64,000 bases of DNA from an uncultured Gemmatimonadales bacterium (lineage in GTDB: Bacteria; Gemmatimonadota; Gemmatimonadetes; Gemmatimonadales; GWC2-71-9), in the NCBI GenBank assembly GCA_963798915.1, contig CAWCVB010000003.1:1-64000 (forward strand). Reading direction: 5' to 3'. The position numbers were made by a program, and so were the translations under genes. Below the pieces are notes generated by a model, which worked only from the letters and a program-made list of their open reading frames with translations, had not been told where the DNA came from and made no database searches. This document shows positions 40,137 through 52,739 of the stretch, one piece after another (position 1 is the stretch's first letter; the number at the start of each line of letters is the position of its first letter).

Positions 40137-42263
40137 GTGCTGGCGATCCTGGCGAGCGTGCTGCTTGCCCTGACCGAGCTCGTCTTCATTCACGAGACCG
40201 GCATTTCCTGGTGGTCGGTGGTGGTGGTGCCAATGTCGGCTGCCTTGGTCGTGCTGGGAGTGCGGGTCCGCCGCACCGAAGCACGCATGAAGCGCCTCGA
40301 GCGGCAGCGCGAGGAACTGGCTGGTCAGTTGGAGCACCGCATCAGCGAGCTGTTCACGCTTCGCGAGCTGGGCTACGTCCTCTCCGATTCCTTTCAGGCC
40401 GAACGGATCGTGGAGCAGGTGGTGCGCTACCTGGATCGCTTCGTGCAGGCCGAGGGCGTCATGGTGGTGCTGGTTGAGGACCCGCGGTGGCTGCGCGTGG
40501 TGGCCGCGCAGGGAAGCCTGGCCGCGGCGAAAGGCCGCCGCATTCCGCGGAGCGATGTTTCGCTGGTCACCGCCGCCCTCGATCGAGGCCGCATCGAGGT
40601 GGAGCACCGGCTTGATGCGCCCGAGGTCCGGGTGCTCTATGACCTGAAGGCGCACTCAGCCGCCGTCGTGCCGCTGCGATCCCGGGACGAGACGCTCGGC
40701 GCCATCGCGGTCACCGATCATCCCGGCGGGCCCTTCAGCACCGAGGACCTCTGGCTGCTGTCCACCGTGGCCACGAGCGCGTCGGTGGTGCTCGCCAACA
40801 GCCAGCTCTTTGCCAAGGTCGAGCACGGCCGGCTCCAGTGGGAAACCGCGTTCGATGCCATGCGCGAAGGCATTGCGGTGCTCAATCCAGACGGCACCAT
40901 CCAGCGCTCCAACCGGGCGCTCGCGTCCATGGCACGGGCGGAGCCGGCACAGCTGCAGGGCAAGCCGTTTGCACCGCTGCTGTTCGACGATCCCGCGCCG
41001 GCCCTGGCCTACATGCGCCAGGTGCAGTCGGCGGGCAGCGCCAAGACTCCGGGAGCGACAGCGGGCCGCCAGGGCGGACTACTGCGCCTGACGCTGGCGC
41101 CACTGGGCGGCGCGTTCGGGCACGGGGCGATGGTGGCGCTGGTCGAGGACGTCACGGTGCAGCGCGCCATGGAAGCGCAGCTGATCCAGAGTGAAAAGAT
41201 GGCCGCCATCGGCCAGCTGGTCTCAGGCGTCGCGCACGAGCTGAACAACCCGCTGACTTCCATCGCCGGCCTCGCGGAACTGCTGCTGGAACGCGAGCCG
41301 CTGGCCGATTCGCCACGCCAGCATGTGCGCATCATTCACGATCAGGCAGAGCGAGCCGGCCGCATCGTGCGCAACCTGCTCACCTTTGCGCGCAAGGAAA
41401 CCACCCAGAAGGCGCTGGTGGACCTCAACGACGTGATCGGCCGCACGTCGTCGCTGGTAGCGTACGATCTCCGGCTGCGCGAGGTCGAGCTGGACAACCA
41501 GCTCTCGGGTGAACCAGTCGTGATTCATGGCGACCCGCACGAATTGCAGCAGGTACTGCTCAACCTTCTCACGAATGCCATCCAAGCGTTGGCGGCGCTG
41601 CCGCCGGGCCGGCGGCGCTGCATCACGCTTCGCACCTCCCGACGCGACGGCAACGCCGTGCTGGAAGTCTGCGATTCCGGCGACGGCGTGCGAGATGAGC
41701 ATCGGGTCAGGCTCTTCACGCCCTTCTTCACGACCAAGCCCGCCGGTCAGGGCACCGGCCTGGGGCTTTCCCTCAGTTACGGGATTGCCAAGGCACACGG
41801 CGGCAGCCTGAGTTATGAGCGCGCTCCCAATGGCGGCGCCAATTTCGTGCTGGCGCTGCCGCTGGCTGAGGCTCAAGTGAGTGACATGCCGGGCTCGACG
41901 ACGCGTCACATCCTGGTCGCGGGTCAGGATCCAGCCATTCAGCGTCTGGTGAGCGCGCTTTTCGCCCCCGACGGCCATGTGGTGGATGCAGCGCCCGAGC
42001 TGCGACACCTGCGCGCGCTTCTGGATGTCCGGGAGTATGACCTGGTGGTTGCCGATGGCGAGTCGCTGGCGGATCAGGACATGCCGATGGTCACGCTGCT
42101 CCAGCGCGTCCGGCCGACATGGGCTGGCCGCACGGTCGTGATCGGCGGCAGCCCGGGTCGGGCCGATGCGAACCCGGCGCGCTGCCTCGCCAAGCCGCTC
42201 GATGTCCGGCTGCTGCGCCAACTGGCCGAGCAGATCTTCGAGCAGGGCAACCTGCCGGGCTAG
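40137..42263 (+). CDS. Membrane sensor kinase GAF-PAS-HisKA-HATPase with degenerate receiver
   Basis: Two N-terminal TM segments, [34 protein letters not shown]. Confidence 0.9.
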   Translation: MLAILASVLLALTELVFIHETGISWWSVVVVPMSAALVVLGVRVRRTEARMKRLERQREELAGQLEHRISELFTLRELGYVLSDSFQAERIVEQVVRYLDRFVQAEGVMVVLVEDPRWLRVVAAQGSLAAAKGRRIPRSDVSLVTAALDRGRIEVEHRLDAPEVRVLYDLKAHSAAVVPLRSRDETLGAIAVTDHPGGPFSTEDLWLLSTVATSASVVLANSQLFAKVEHGRLQWETAFDAMREGIAVLNPDGTIQRSNRALASMARAEPAQLQGKPFAPLLFDDPAPALAYMRQVQSAGSAKTPGATAGRQGGLLRLTLAPLGGAFGHGAMVALVEDVTVQRAMEAQLIQSEKMAAIGQLVSGVAHELNNPLTSIAGLAELLLEREPLADSPRQHVRIIHDQAERAGRIVRNLLTFARKETTQKALVDLNDVIGRTSSLVAYDLRLREVELDNQLSGEPVVIHGDPHELQQVLLNLLTNAIQALAALPPGRRRCITLRTSRRDGNAVLEVCDSGDGVRDEHRVRLFTPFFTTKPAGQGTGLGLSLSYGIAKAHGGSLSYERAPNGGANFVLALPLAEAQVSDMPGSTTRHILVAGQDPAIQRLVSALFAPDGHVVDAAPELRHLRALLDVREYDLVVADGESLADQDMPMVTLLQRVRPTWAGRTVVIGGSPGRADANPARCLAKPLDVRLLRQLAEQIFEQGNLPG

Positions 42264-43693
42264 TACCCCGCCTGGCGGGCCGGCCTCCAGGGATCGACGA
42301 TGACATTTCCGCGCACTCGCTGGCGCGCCGCCGCGGCACTCGACGTGGCCCAATAATTCCCGCCGGCATCAAGATGGTCCGCCGTGATGAAGACTCGCGA
42401 CGCTCGCAGGAAGATGTTGTCGGCCAAGGTAGCGGTCCCGGATGCAGAATCGGCGACGAGGCCGTCACCCACTCCATCGAAGATATTACCGCGCAACTGG
42501 GTCCGGGCGCTCAGTTCGAGCACGATGCCGCGATCCAGCCGGGCCAGATAGTTGTCGTCCACCCGCGAGTCCCGGCTGGCACGCGCGGCGCTGTCCCGCG
42601 CGAACAGGTGGATGCCCAGCAGCCCGCCGACGATGGTGTTTCGCGAGAGCACGTTCTGTTGGCCGTGCTCAATGGCGATGCCGCCACTCCGGGTGCCGAT
42701 GATCAGGTTATCCTCGACGACGTTCGCCGTGGAGTATCCCAGCCAGAAGCCATAGTCCGCACTGTCCGCCCGATTGCCCGCAAAGTGATTCCCGAAGCTG
42801 AACGTGGACTCGAACGCGTTATGGAACGCGCCGGTCGCGTCGTTGCGGAGCACCAGATTGCCGATCGAGGGACGGACGAGTGGCGGCTGGCCACTCAGGA
42901 AGAAGCCATCGCCGGAGTGGGAAAGATCGTTGTCCGCGACAACGTTCGAGTCGCTCGCATCACGCAGCAGGATGCCGGCCGAGTCGCAGCCGCGGCGATA
43001 GCGCTCGCTCTCGCATCGGACCACGTGATGGGCCTGATTTCGGAGGATTGTATTGTGCGACGAGTGCCAGAGGCTGATGCCCCAGCCACTGTTGCTGGAG
43101 ACGTCGTTATCGGCGAGCAGCGTGCCGGTCGCATCCCGCAGCATGATGCCATTCTGGGCCGAGACCGCGCGGACCCCGCGTACGGCCGCCCGGTCGGTGC
43201 CGCGCAGGTAGATGCCGGCGCCGTAGTGGTCGGCCGAGTCGGCATGGAAGATGTCCAGCCAGTCGCCCTCGTCGAAAACGTCCGGTGTGGAGCGCAGCGC
43301 TTGTGCCCGGGAGCCGGAGACATCGGTCGACGAGATCAGGTGGCCGCTGCCCCCATTGATGCTCACGCCGAACTGGTACCCCCGGATGGTCCCGCCGGTT
43401 ATGGTGACCCGATCAACACCGCTTGCCACGACACCAGCGCCCTGAAAGCGGGACGGCACGCTGTCGCCACTCTCGAGCGTCACGCCGTTGAGGTCCACGC
43501 TGCTTCCGGCGCTGCCGATGATGATCACCCCCTCGCCGTTCGGATCGGGGATCCGGTAGCGGCCGCGGCAGATGATCACGGTTCCCTGCACCACCGTGCC
43601 CGCCTTGGTCGGACGCACGCACGGGGCGGCATCGCTCGCGGGCGCGACACCCAGCAACAACGCGAACAGCAGCCGAGGATTGGTGATGCGCAT
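42260..43693 (-). CDS. Secreted right-handed beta-helix (NosD/pectin-lyase-like) protein
   Basis: Signal peptide; repeated GI.L...S.N.I..N units. Confidence 0.8.
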   Translation of the reverse strand: MRITNPRLLFALLLGVAPASDAAPCVRPTKAGTVVQGTVIICRGRYRIPDPNGEGVIIIGSAGSSVDLNGVTLESGDSVPSRFQGAGVVASGVDRVTITGGTIRGYQFGVSINGGSGHLISSTDVSGSRAQALRSTPDVFDEGDWLDIFHADSADHYGAGIYLRGTDRAAVRGVRAVSAQNGIMLRDATGTLLADNDVSSNSGWGISLWHSSHNTILRNQAHHVVRCESERYRRGCDSAGILLRDASDSNVVADNDLSHSGDGFFLSGQPPLVRPSIGNLVLRNDATGAFHNAFESTFSFGNHFAGNRADSADYGFWLGYSTANVVEDNLIIGTRSGGIAIEHGQQNVLSRNTIVGGLLGIHLFARDSAARASRDSRVDDNYLARLDRGIVLELSARTQLRGNIFDGVGDGLVADSASGTATLADNIFLRASRVFITADHLDAGGNYWATSSAAAARQRVRGNVIVDPWRPARQAGY

Positions 43694-44172
43694 CAGGCGG
43701 GAATGTCGGGCATCAGGAGGACATCGCTCAGGATGCCGGCATGTCCGTGGGGCAGCAGGCGCTCGATGTCGCCTAGGGCCCGGACGCTGCGCGGCCAGGT
43801 CAGCATGGCACGGGCCTCCTCAAACGGCAACCAGCGCGCCTCGTCATGTTCCGCACTGAGCGCGATCTGGCCGGCATGTTCCGTCATGGCGACGAACACT
43901 GGCACCAGCGAAACCTCGTCTGCCTGCGCCTGAAAGAAGAGTTCCACCCGGCTGAGGTTGTAGAGGCGTTCGGGACGCAGGCCGGTCTCCTCGAGCAGCT
44001 CGCGACGGGCGGCGATTGCGGGCGTTTCGCCAGGATCGATGTGCCCATGCACTGCCTCGAACGTGCCGGGGCGAGGCCCGCCTGGGGCACGTCGGAGGAC
44101 CAGCAGCTGCAACTGGTCCCGCTGCTGCCGCACCGGATAGACGTCGACCAGCGAGACGCGGACAGCCGTCAT
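43693..44172 (-). CDS. NUDIX hydrolase
   Basis: GHIDPGETPAIAARRELLEETGL Nudix box; LSAEHDEARW. Confidence 0.9.
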   Translation of the reverse strand: MTAVRVSLVDVYPVRQQRDQLQLLVLRRAPGGPRPGTFEAVHGHIDPGETPAIAARRELLEETGLRPERLYNLSRVELFFQAQADEVSLVPVFVAMTEHAGQIALSAEHDEARWLPFEEARAMLTWPRSVRALGDIERLLPHGHAGILSDVLLMPDIPA

Positions 44173-44173
44173 G

Positions 44174-46381
44174 CTAGGTCCGGCGCCGGCTCAGCATGGC
44201 ATCCAGGCGGGCCGCCAGTGCGCGCGGGCGGAATGGCTTGGTGAGGAAATCGTCCGCGCCCAGTTCGAAGACCCGGACCTCATTGTCCTCGTCGCCCTTG
44301 GCCGTGAGCACCAGTACCGGCAGGCGGGCGGTGGCGGGACGCGAACGGAGCTGCTGCAGGACGCTGTAGCCATCGAGCCGCGGCAGGTTGAGGTCAAGCA
44401 CCATGATGTCGGGCGCGACCCGGTCCACCTGGTCCAGCGCCTGCACCCCATCCGCCGCCTCTGCCACCCGGAATCCTTCGCGTTCGAGGAGGTCGCGCAT
44501 GACCTTCCGCAGTCCCTCTTCGTCCTCCACCAGCAGGACGGTGCCCTTGCGGGCTGTGGGCGTAGCAACCGTTGGCGGCAGCTCGGTGTCAGGCAGCAGT
44601 TCAAAGCTCAGTGATTCATCCAGGACGGCAGGCGCGGAGGTCTGTGCCCGTGTCACTGCCGCCGACTGACCCGGGCCAGGGCGCTGTCGTGCCGGCGCGG
44701 AGCGCTCGGCCGGAACGTCAGTGACTCGCAGAAGCTCCTCTACCGACGAGTGCCCCGCAAGCACGTGCCGGAGACCACTCTCGAACAACGAGCGCATGCC
44801 ATTGCGCCGGCCCTCCTCGGCCAGCATGGCTGCGGTCGCGCCCTCGCCGATGAGCCGCTCGAGTTCCGGCGTCAGCACCAGCGCCTCCAGGATCGCGAAA
44901 CGTCCGCGGTACCCAGTGGAGGCGCATTCGGGGCAGCCCACCGCCTTGTACAATGAGGCGCCGGGCGGAATCCACTGGCCCAACCGGGCCGGGACTCCAT
45001 CGGTGTCAGGGGCGCGACATTCGAGGCAGAGCCGGCGCATGAGCCGCTGCGCCACGACACCACGGAGGGCGGAGCCGAGCTTGTACGCCTCGACCCCCAT
45101 GTCCACCAGGCGCGTGATCGAATTGGGCGCATCATTGGTGTGCAGGGTGGACAGCACCAGGTGTCCCGTCAGCGACGCCTGCACCGCAATCTGAGCGGTC
45201 TCGCTGTCGCGAATCTCGCCAACCAGCACCACATCGGGATCCTGGCGGAGGATGGACCGGAGTGCGGACGCGAAGGTGAGGCCGGCCTTTTCCTGCACCT
45301 GCACCTGCACCACATTCTCGCCCAGCTTGTACTCCACCGGATCTTCCACGGTGACGATATTGACTCCCTCGCCCTGCACCAGCCGCAGCGCCGAGTACAG
45401 CGTGGTCGTCTTCCCCGAGCCGGTTGGGCCGGTCACCAGCAGAATGCCCTCCCGGTGGTCCAGCATCTGCTGAATGGTGGCTCGCTCGTCGTCATACAGC
45501 CCGAGGGCCTCGAGCTCCAGGATGACGGCCTTGGTGTTGAGAATGCGGATGACGACCTTCTCACCGGAGGCCGAAGGCAGCGACGAAACCCGGAGGTCCA
45601 CGGGATCGCCGTTCACCAGCACCCGCGCGCGTCCGTCCTGCGGCCGCCGCCGGTCGGCGATGTCGAGCCCGGACATGATCTTGAGCCGCGAGATGAGGGG
45701 CAGGCCGGCGTTGCGGGGAATCTTCATGACCTGGCGAAGTACGCCGTCGATACGATAGCGCACCGCTACCCCGCCCTCGATCGGCTCCACATGGATGTCG
45801 CTGGCCCGGCTGACAATTCCGTCGGCCAGCATCATGTCCACCAGCCGGATGATGGGAGCATGGCTTGCCTCCTCCGCCGAGGCACCGGCCTCTTCCTCGT
45901 CATCGAGGGCCTGCACTTCGGCCCGCTGATCGAAACCTCCCAGCAGCCGGGCCACCGGATCCTCGCTGGGAAAGGCCGACTCGAGTCCGGCTCGAATGCG
46001 AATCGGAGATGCCAGGTACAGCCGTACCTCCCGGCCACTGGCAAAGGCCAGCCCCTTTTCGGCATCGATGTCGAACGGATTGGCAGTGGCGACATCAAGA
46101 CGAGAATCCGACACCCGGAAGGGGAGCACGCGAAAGTTGCGGACCACCTGGGCCGGCACCACGCCGACCGCCTCCGGGGAGGGCTCGCCCTCCGGCATGA
46201 CCGGCATGCGGAAACGCTGTGCCACGGCATCCAGAACCTGCTGATCGGTCAGCAGGCGCCGCTGAACCACGCGGTCCCAGAGCGAAACCGCCTCGCCAGC
46301 GTGCTGCCGCAGATCCGCAATGGCGCCCGCGGCCAGAAGTGGCTCGAGCGTCGTCACAAGCCACTCGTCGGTGAATTGCAT
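44174..46381 (-). CDS. GspE/PilB-family secretion ATPase with C-terminal receiver domain
   Basis: ASDIHVEP, PQDGR, GPTGSGKTTT, TVEDPVE, LRQDPDV.LVGEIRD, CxxC..CxxC; then VLLVEDE..VLDLNLP..KPF. Confidence 0.92.
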   Translation of the reverse strand: MQFTDEWLVTTLEPLLAAGAIADLRQHAGEAVSLWDRVVQRRLLTDQQVLDAVAQRFRMPVMPEGEPSPEAVGVVPAQVVRNFRVLPFRVSDSRLDVATANPFDIDAEKGLAFASGREVRLYLASPIRIRAGLESAFPSEDPVARLLGGFDQRAEVQALDDEEEAGASAEEASHAPIIRLVDMMLADGIVSRASDIHVEPIEGGVAVRYRIDGVLRQVMKIPRNAGLPLISRLKIMSGLDIADRRRPQDGRARVLVNGDPVDLRVSSLPSASGEKVVIRILNTKAVILELEALGLYDDERATIQQMLDHREGILLVTGPTGSGKTTTLYSALRLVQGEGVNIVTVEDPVEYKLGENVVQVQVQEKAGLTFASALRSILRQDPDVVLVGEIRDSETAQIAVQASLTGHLVLSTLHTNDAPNSITRLVDMGVEAYKLGSALRGVVAQRLMRRLCLECRAPDTDGVPARLGQWIPPGASLYKAVGCPECASTGYRGRFAILEALVLTPELERLIGEGATAAMLAEEGRRNGMRSLFESGLRHVLAGHSSVEELLRVTDVPAERSAPARQRPGPGQSAAVTRAQTSAPAVLDESLSFELLPDTELPPTVATPTARKGTVLLVEDEEGLRKVMRDLLEREGFRVAEAADGVQALDQVDRVAPDIMVLDLNLPRLDGYSVLQQLRSRPATARLPVLVLTAKGDEDNEVRVFELGADDFLTKPFRPRALAARLDAMLSRRRT

Positions 46382-46437
46382 TTGCAGTCCGTAGTAATGC
46401 GGAGAAAGTGCCCTACCGGCATCCAAGTGTAATCGAG

Positions 46438-48489
46438 CTAGAGGACTCCCCACCAGTCACGGTTGATATCCACGGTGAGCCCGAGGTTGCCCGTTCGAAG
46501 TGCGATCCCGCCCTCGACCCGCAGCAATCGCATGAACACGTCGACCGCCAGACCCGCCACGGGCCGAATGCCGTCGGAGGCACGCCAGGGCACGCCGGCT
46601 TCGCTGCCTCCGGTCCATCCCGCGGCCACAAACGGGGCGAGCGTGATGGAGCGACCAGTGGAGGCGAATGAGCCCAGCGGGATGGCCGGAGCAGGCACCT
46701 GGAAACGCCACTCCAACCGCGCCAGGGCCATCTCCCGCCCGCCAAATGCTCGAAAGGGCTCGCCCACCAGCGTTCCGCGGCCGCCCATGACGAAACTGCG
46801 ATATGGCGGCATGGCGGCGCTGCCCCATCCGCCCTCGCCCGTGAAGAGCAGTTCGCTGTCACCGACGCGCCGCCGGATGCGCACCACGCCGCTGGCGCGA
46901 AGAAAATCCTCTTCCCCTTCACCCGCCTCGAGGGTGGCCTTGCCGTCCAGGTCACCACCGGTGGCCACCGAGGAAAGCGGTCCTCGCTCGACGACGAGTC
47001 GTGCGGTGCGAAACTCCCCGGCGCCCAGCGGCGGATTCGGGCGATACTGCCCGGACGCGGGGTCATGGCGCACCGGCAGCGAGTACGCATGTTCGATGCC
47101 GACACCAAGCGTGGCGGCGTGCCGGGAGCCGAGCCGCTCGCGGATGGCGAGTTCGGCGCGGTCCCGTCGGTAGTAGTCGCCGTAGTCCTTGCCAAACTCC
47201 TGGGCCACGACCGAATTGAGCAATGGTGCAATCACCGCCCCGTCCGCCACGTCCTCTACGCTCCGGCGTGCGCCCAGGCTGAGTCGTGTCGCGCCCTGGC
47301 CGATGAGCGCGCTGAGACCACCCGTGGCGCGGCCATCCGAGGTGCCGATGCCCAGCTCTGGTCGCAGTTGAATGCGATTCCGGCCCAGCCCGAGCACAGC
47401 CGCACCAGCCAGTGCCAGCCCCTGCACCCGATTCACCCTGACAAGGTCGCTTACACTCTGCCCACCGATTCTTGCGGCGGGAAGGCCTGACAGGAGATGG
47501 TTGCCGGCCACCCGTTCGACATCAGCCCGGATGGCGGCCATCTCCTCCTGGCTGAATGGTTGCTCCAGCTGGTGAATGGCATCCAGCAACGGCGTCGTCC
47601 AGAGGGTCGAGTCGCTGTTGTCAGGACGCCGGAGACCACTGATGGCAACCCGATTGAGCAAATCGGCCGGGAACGGGGCGTTCAGGTCGTAATTCTCGAT
47701 CTCCCATCGCCCACGGATGATGCCGCGCGCCGGAAACTCGAGCCAGCTGAACCGCCGCCGTATCTCGATTTCCTGGCGATGGGGCAGCCAGTACCGCCCC
47801 TCCCAGAGCGCCCCCTCCAGCGTGATGGAGATATCCTCGAGCTGGGAGTCGAGGTACGCGGCCGGGGTGAAACTGAACCTGAAGCGCACCAGTTGTGCTG
47901 TGGCCGCATCGAGAAACAGCGTTCCGACCACCCTCGGCTGGCTGAAATCCCGCGGCCGCACGGCGAGCGCCAGCAGGCGGATCGAGCCGCCCGCTCCCTG
48001 CACTGTGACACTGTCGGTCAGCGCAAAATCGTACATCGCCAGGCCGGCAGCGGAGAGCGGATGCGGCACATCCCGCACCTCGTCCCCTTCGCCGACCCGA
48101 ATGCGATCGCCGAAATTGTTGGTGACAATGCCAAGGTGGTCGCGATGGTAATCGATGTCGGTCGGCAGGAACCGCCCGTCCCGCCAGCCGCGTATGACCT
48201 GCTTGCTGATGTTCGGGGCCCGCCAATACACTTCCACCTGCAGTTCGTCTGCCTTGACCAGGCGAGGGGGCTCGCGCAAGCCTTCCTCCCCGACCTGGGC
48301 CAGAAAGAAGACAAAGCCATGCGCGCTGGTGCGATAGCTGCGCAGCGATGAATCGGCCGCCAGCGCTTGCCGCTGCGCCGTGCCCGCGCGCGCGAGCCGG
48401 AGCGCGTCGGGAGCATTCCATGCCTGGGCTTCGACCGCCCTGGGCAGGAGCCACACGACGAATACCAGCCCTACAGAGAGAGGTCGCAT
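46438..48489 (-). CDS. Outer-membrane protein with C-terminal beta-barrel
   Basis: Signal peptide ending VEA-Q, RVNRVQGL, MGGRGTLVGEPF (Omp85-like loop), amphipathic strands. Confidence 0.7.
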   Translation of the reverse strand: MRPLSVGLVFVVWLLPRAVEAQAWNAPDALRLARAGTAQRQALAADSSLRSYRTSAHGFVFFLAQVGEEGLREPPRLVKADELQVEVYWRAPNISKQVIRGWRDGRFLPTDIDYHRDHLGIVTNNFGDRIRVGEGDEVRDVPHPLSAAGLAMYDFALTDSVTVQGAGGSIRLLALAVRPRDFSQPRVVGTLFLDAATAQLVRFRFSFTPAAYLDSQLEDISITLEGALWEGRYWLPHRQEIEIRRRFSWLEFPARGIIRGRWEIENYDLNAPFPADLLNRVAISGLRRPDNSDSTLWTTPLLDAIHQLEQPFSQEEMAAIRADVERVAGNHLLSGLPAARIGGQSVSDLVRVNRVQGLALAGAAVLGLGRNRIQLRPELGIGTSDGRATGGLSALIGQGATRLSLGARRSVEDVADGAVIAPLLNSVVAQEFGKDYGDYYRRDRAELAIRERLGSRHAATLGVGIEHAYSLPVRHDPASGQYRPNPPLGAGEFRTARLVVERGPLSSVATGGDLDGKATLEAGEGEEDFLRASGVVRIRRRVGDSELLFTGEGGWGSAAMPPYRSFVMGGRGTLVGEPFRAFGGREMALARLEWRFQVPAPAIPLGSFASTGRSITLAPFVAAGWTGGSEAGVPWRASDGIRPVAGLAVDVFMRLLRVEGGIALRTGNLGLTVDINRDWWGVL

Positions 48490-48511
48490 TGAGCGGAATA
48501 TTCCGGGTCGA

Positions 48512-49097
48512 GTGGGCACGAGCAAGCGCCGCAGTTCTGGCGCTCGCCGCTTCAGCAGCTTCCTGCGGCGGGCCACCCCCGGCCACCGGCACCGGGCCGG
48601 TCATGGATACGACGGGATCCGGTTTCGGCACGATGCCACTCGCGGCCGTGTATCAGCTCGAGAGCACCGGTGCGCCACCGCCTGACACGACGGTGCTGAC
48701 CCCGGCTGGCGTGGCGCGCACCATCGTGCTGCGCCACGCCCCCCCGGATAATGTGGTCTTCGCCTCCATCGCCTTCGATTCGTCGGCCTTCCAGACCTCG
48801 GCCGGCCGCCAGGTGGAAGTGCAGGTCACCCCTCGCCCGGGTGCCTATGGCCTGACGGTGCGGAGCAGTGCGCCGTTCAGCGCGGCCCGGCTCACCTTTG
48901 CCTATCCAGTGCACTTCTTTGCCCCGCGTGGTGCGCGGGAACAGTATGGCAGCGACCTCCAAGTGGAACGCGCGCTCGCCATTGCCCAGCTGGATGGTCT
49001 CGCGGTCACCTTCCTCGCTTCGGTGCGGCCATCCACCGACCATATCAGCACCATCATTCCGGGGCCCGGTACCTATCTCGTGGCAGTCCCCAGGTGA
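48512..49097 (+). CDS. Putative lipoprotein (start uncertain)
   Basis: AAVLALAASAAS-C lipobox-like; stop overlaps the trpE start; no clean in-frame start nearby. Confidence 0.55.
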
Positions 49098-50581
49098 TCC
49101 GGACCACCCTGGAGCAGTTTTCCGCCGCGGCCGCCGGTGGCGGGGTGGTGCCGGTGGCGCGCGAAGTGGTGCTGGACACCGAAACGGCCATTACCGCCTT
49201 TGCCAAGCTGCATCGGGGCGAATACGGGTTCCTGCTGGAATCGCTCGAGGGCGGCGAACGATGGGCGCGCTACACCTTTCTGGCCACCGAGCCGTCAGCT
49301 GTTTACGAGTATCGTGGCCGGGCCGTCCGCCGCTGGACTCCCGACGGCGGCTGGACCGCGCAGCCCGATGCCGACCCGATGGCGCACCTCGCCGCACTCA
49401 TGCGGGAGACGGAGGCCGTGAGCCAGCCGGGCCTCCCACGGTTCACCGGCGGGGCTGTCGGATTCCTGGGTTACGATGTGGTGCGCTCGCTGGAGCGCAT
49501 CGGGACGCCGCCTCCCGATGACCGCAACCTGCCAGATGCGGTCATGATGATCGCGGACACGGTGCTCGCGCTGGACAATGCATTCCACACCGCCATCGTG
49601 ATTGCCAATGTCCGGGTTGAGCGGGATGCGGGCGTCCAAGCATTGAAGACGCTGTTTGGCGAGGCGTCCGCCCGTATTGAGTCCTGGATCGAACGGCTGC
49701 GGGAGCCGGTTCTGCTGGCGCCACTCCATCTGGGCAGTGCGGGCGCCCTTCCACCGGTCACCTCCCCGTATCCGCCGGAAAAATTCCGGCAGGATGTGGA
49801 GCGGATCCGCGAATACATTCGCGCCGGCGACGTCTTCCAGGCGGTGCTCTCGCGCCGGCTCGACCTGCCTGCGCCCGATCCCCTGCTGGCCTATCGCCAC
49901 CTGCGCGCGCTCAATCCTGCGCCCTACCTGTTCCTGTTGCGGCTGGGTCCATTGTCGTTGGTCGGGAGTTCGCCGGAGGTCCTGGTCCGCGTCGAGCACG
50001 GGGAGATCACGGTTCGTCCGATTGCCGGCACTCGCCCGCGCGGACGCGATGCCGCCGAGGACGCGGCGCTCGAAGCCGAACTGGTGGCAGATCCGAAGGA
50101 GCGGGCGGAACACATGATGCTGGTGGATCTGGGGCGGAACGACGTCGGCCGCGTGAGCCGCTACGGCACGGTGGAAGTGCGCTCGCTGTTGTCGGTAGAA
50201 CGCTATTCCCACGTCATGCACCTCGTGAGCGAGGTGCGCGGCACCCTCTGGGAAGACATCGACGCGCTGGCGGCCCTGGCCGCCTGCTTTCCGGCCGGCA
50301 CGGTCTCCGGCGCACCCAAGATCCGCGCGATGCAGATCATTGACGAGCTGGAGCCGACTCGACGCGGCCCGTATGCCGGTGCGGTGGGATACGTCGGCTG
50401 GGGCGGCCGGACGCTCGACACGGCCATCGCCATACGAACTGCCATAATCCAGGACGGGGTGGCCTGGGTTCAGGCCGGAGCGGGCATCGTGGCGGATTCG
50501 GATCCGGCAGCCGAACTTGCTGAAACCGAGGCCAAGGCCCGGGCCGTGCTGGCCGCGCTGGGACTTGCCGGCGCAGCCTGA
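49094..50581 (+). CDS. trpE: Anthranilate synthase component I
   Basis: FLLESLEGGERWARY, GDVFQAVLSRR, NPAPY, PIAGTRPRG, KERAEHMMLVDLGRND, GTVSGAPK. Confidence 0.93.
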   Translation: MIRTTLEQFSAAAAGGGVVPVAREVVLDTETAITAFAKLHRGEYGFLLESLEGGERWARYTFLATEPSAVYEYRGRAVRRWTPDGGWTAQPDADPMAHLAALMRETEAVSQPGLPRFTGGAVGFLGYDVVRSLERIGTPPPDDRNLPDAVMMIADTVLALDNAFHTAIVIANVRVERDAGVQALKTLFGEASARIESWIERLREPVLLAPLHLGSAGALPPVTSPYPPEKFRQDVERIREYIRAGDVFQAVLSRRLDLPAPDPLLAYRHLRALNPAPYLFLLRLGPLSLVGSSPEVLVRVEHGEITVRPIAGTRPRGRDAAEDAALEAELVADPKERAEHMMLVDLGRNDVGRVSRYGTVEVRSLLSVERYSHVMHLVSEVRGTLWEDIDALAALAACFPAGTVSGAPKIRAMQIIDELEPTRRGPYAGAVGYVGWGGRTLDTAIAIRTAIIQDGVAWVQAGAGIVADSDPAAELAETEAKARAVLAALGLAGAA

Positions 50582-50607
50582 GGCGCGTCTCCCTATATTC
50601 GGGGCCC

Positions 50608-52169
<1,562 letters not shown>

Positions 52170-52188
<19 letters not shown>

Positions 52189-52739
52189 TCCCAGCCGGCC
52201 TCCTGCATCAGCTCGAGCACCAGCCGCACTGGCAAACCCATGACGCTGAAGAAATCGCCTTCCACCCGGTCCACCAACGCCGCCCCGTAGCCCTGAATCC
52301 CGTAGGCGCCAGCCTTGTCCATCGGTTCGCCCGTGGCCACGTAGGCTCGAAGGAACTCGGTGGATACCGGCCGGAAGGTGACGCGGGTGACGTCGGCGCG
52401 AACCCGCGTCACCCCGGCCGAGGCGAGCGCCACGGCCGTGCACACCTCATGCACCTGGCCCTGGAGCCGTTCCAGCATGCGCACGGCATCCTGGGCATCG
52501 GCCGGCTTCTCCAGCACTTCGTCACCGAGGATGACTATCGTGTCGGCACCCAGCACGTAGGCACCCGGCACGCTCCCGGCCTTTTCCCGCGCCAGCCGCT
52601 CGGCATAGCCGGCCGGCGTTTCGCCGGGCCGGCGGACTTCCTCGACCGAGGATGGAACCACGTGCATCGGAATGCCCAGCATTTCCAGCAGTTGGCGGCG
52701 ACGGGGGGAGGCGGATGCGAGCGTCAGGAAGCGATTCAC
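52170..52739 (-). CDS. maf: Maf nucleotide pyrophosphatase
   Basis: [27 protein letters not shown]. Confidence 0.95.
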
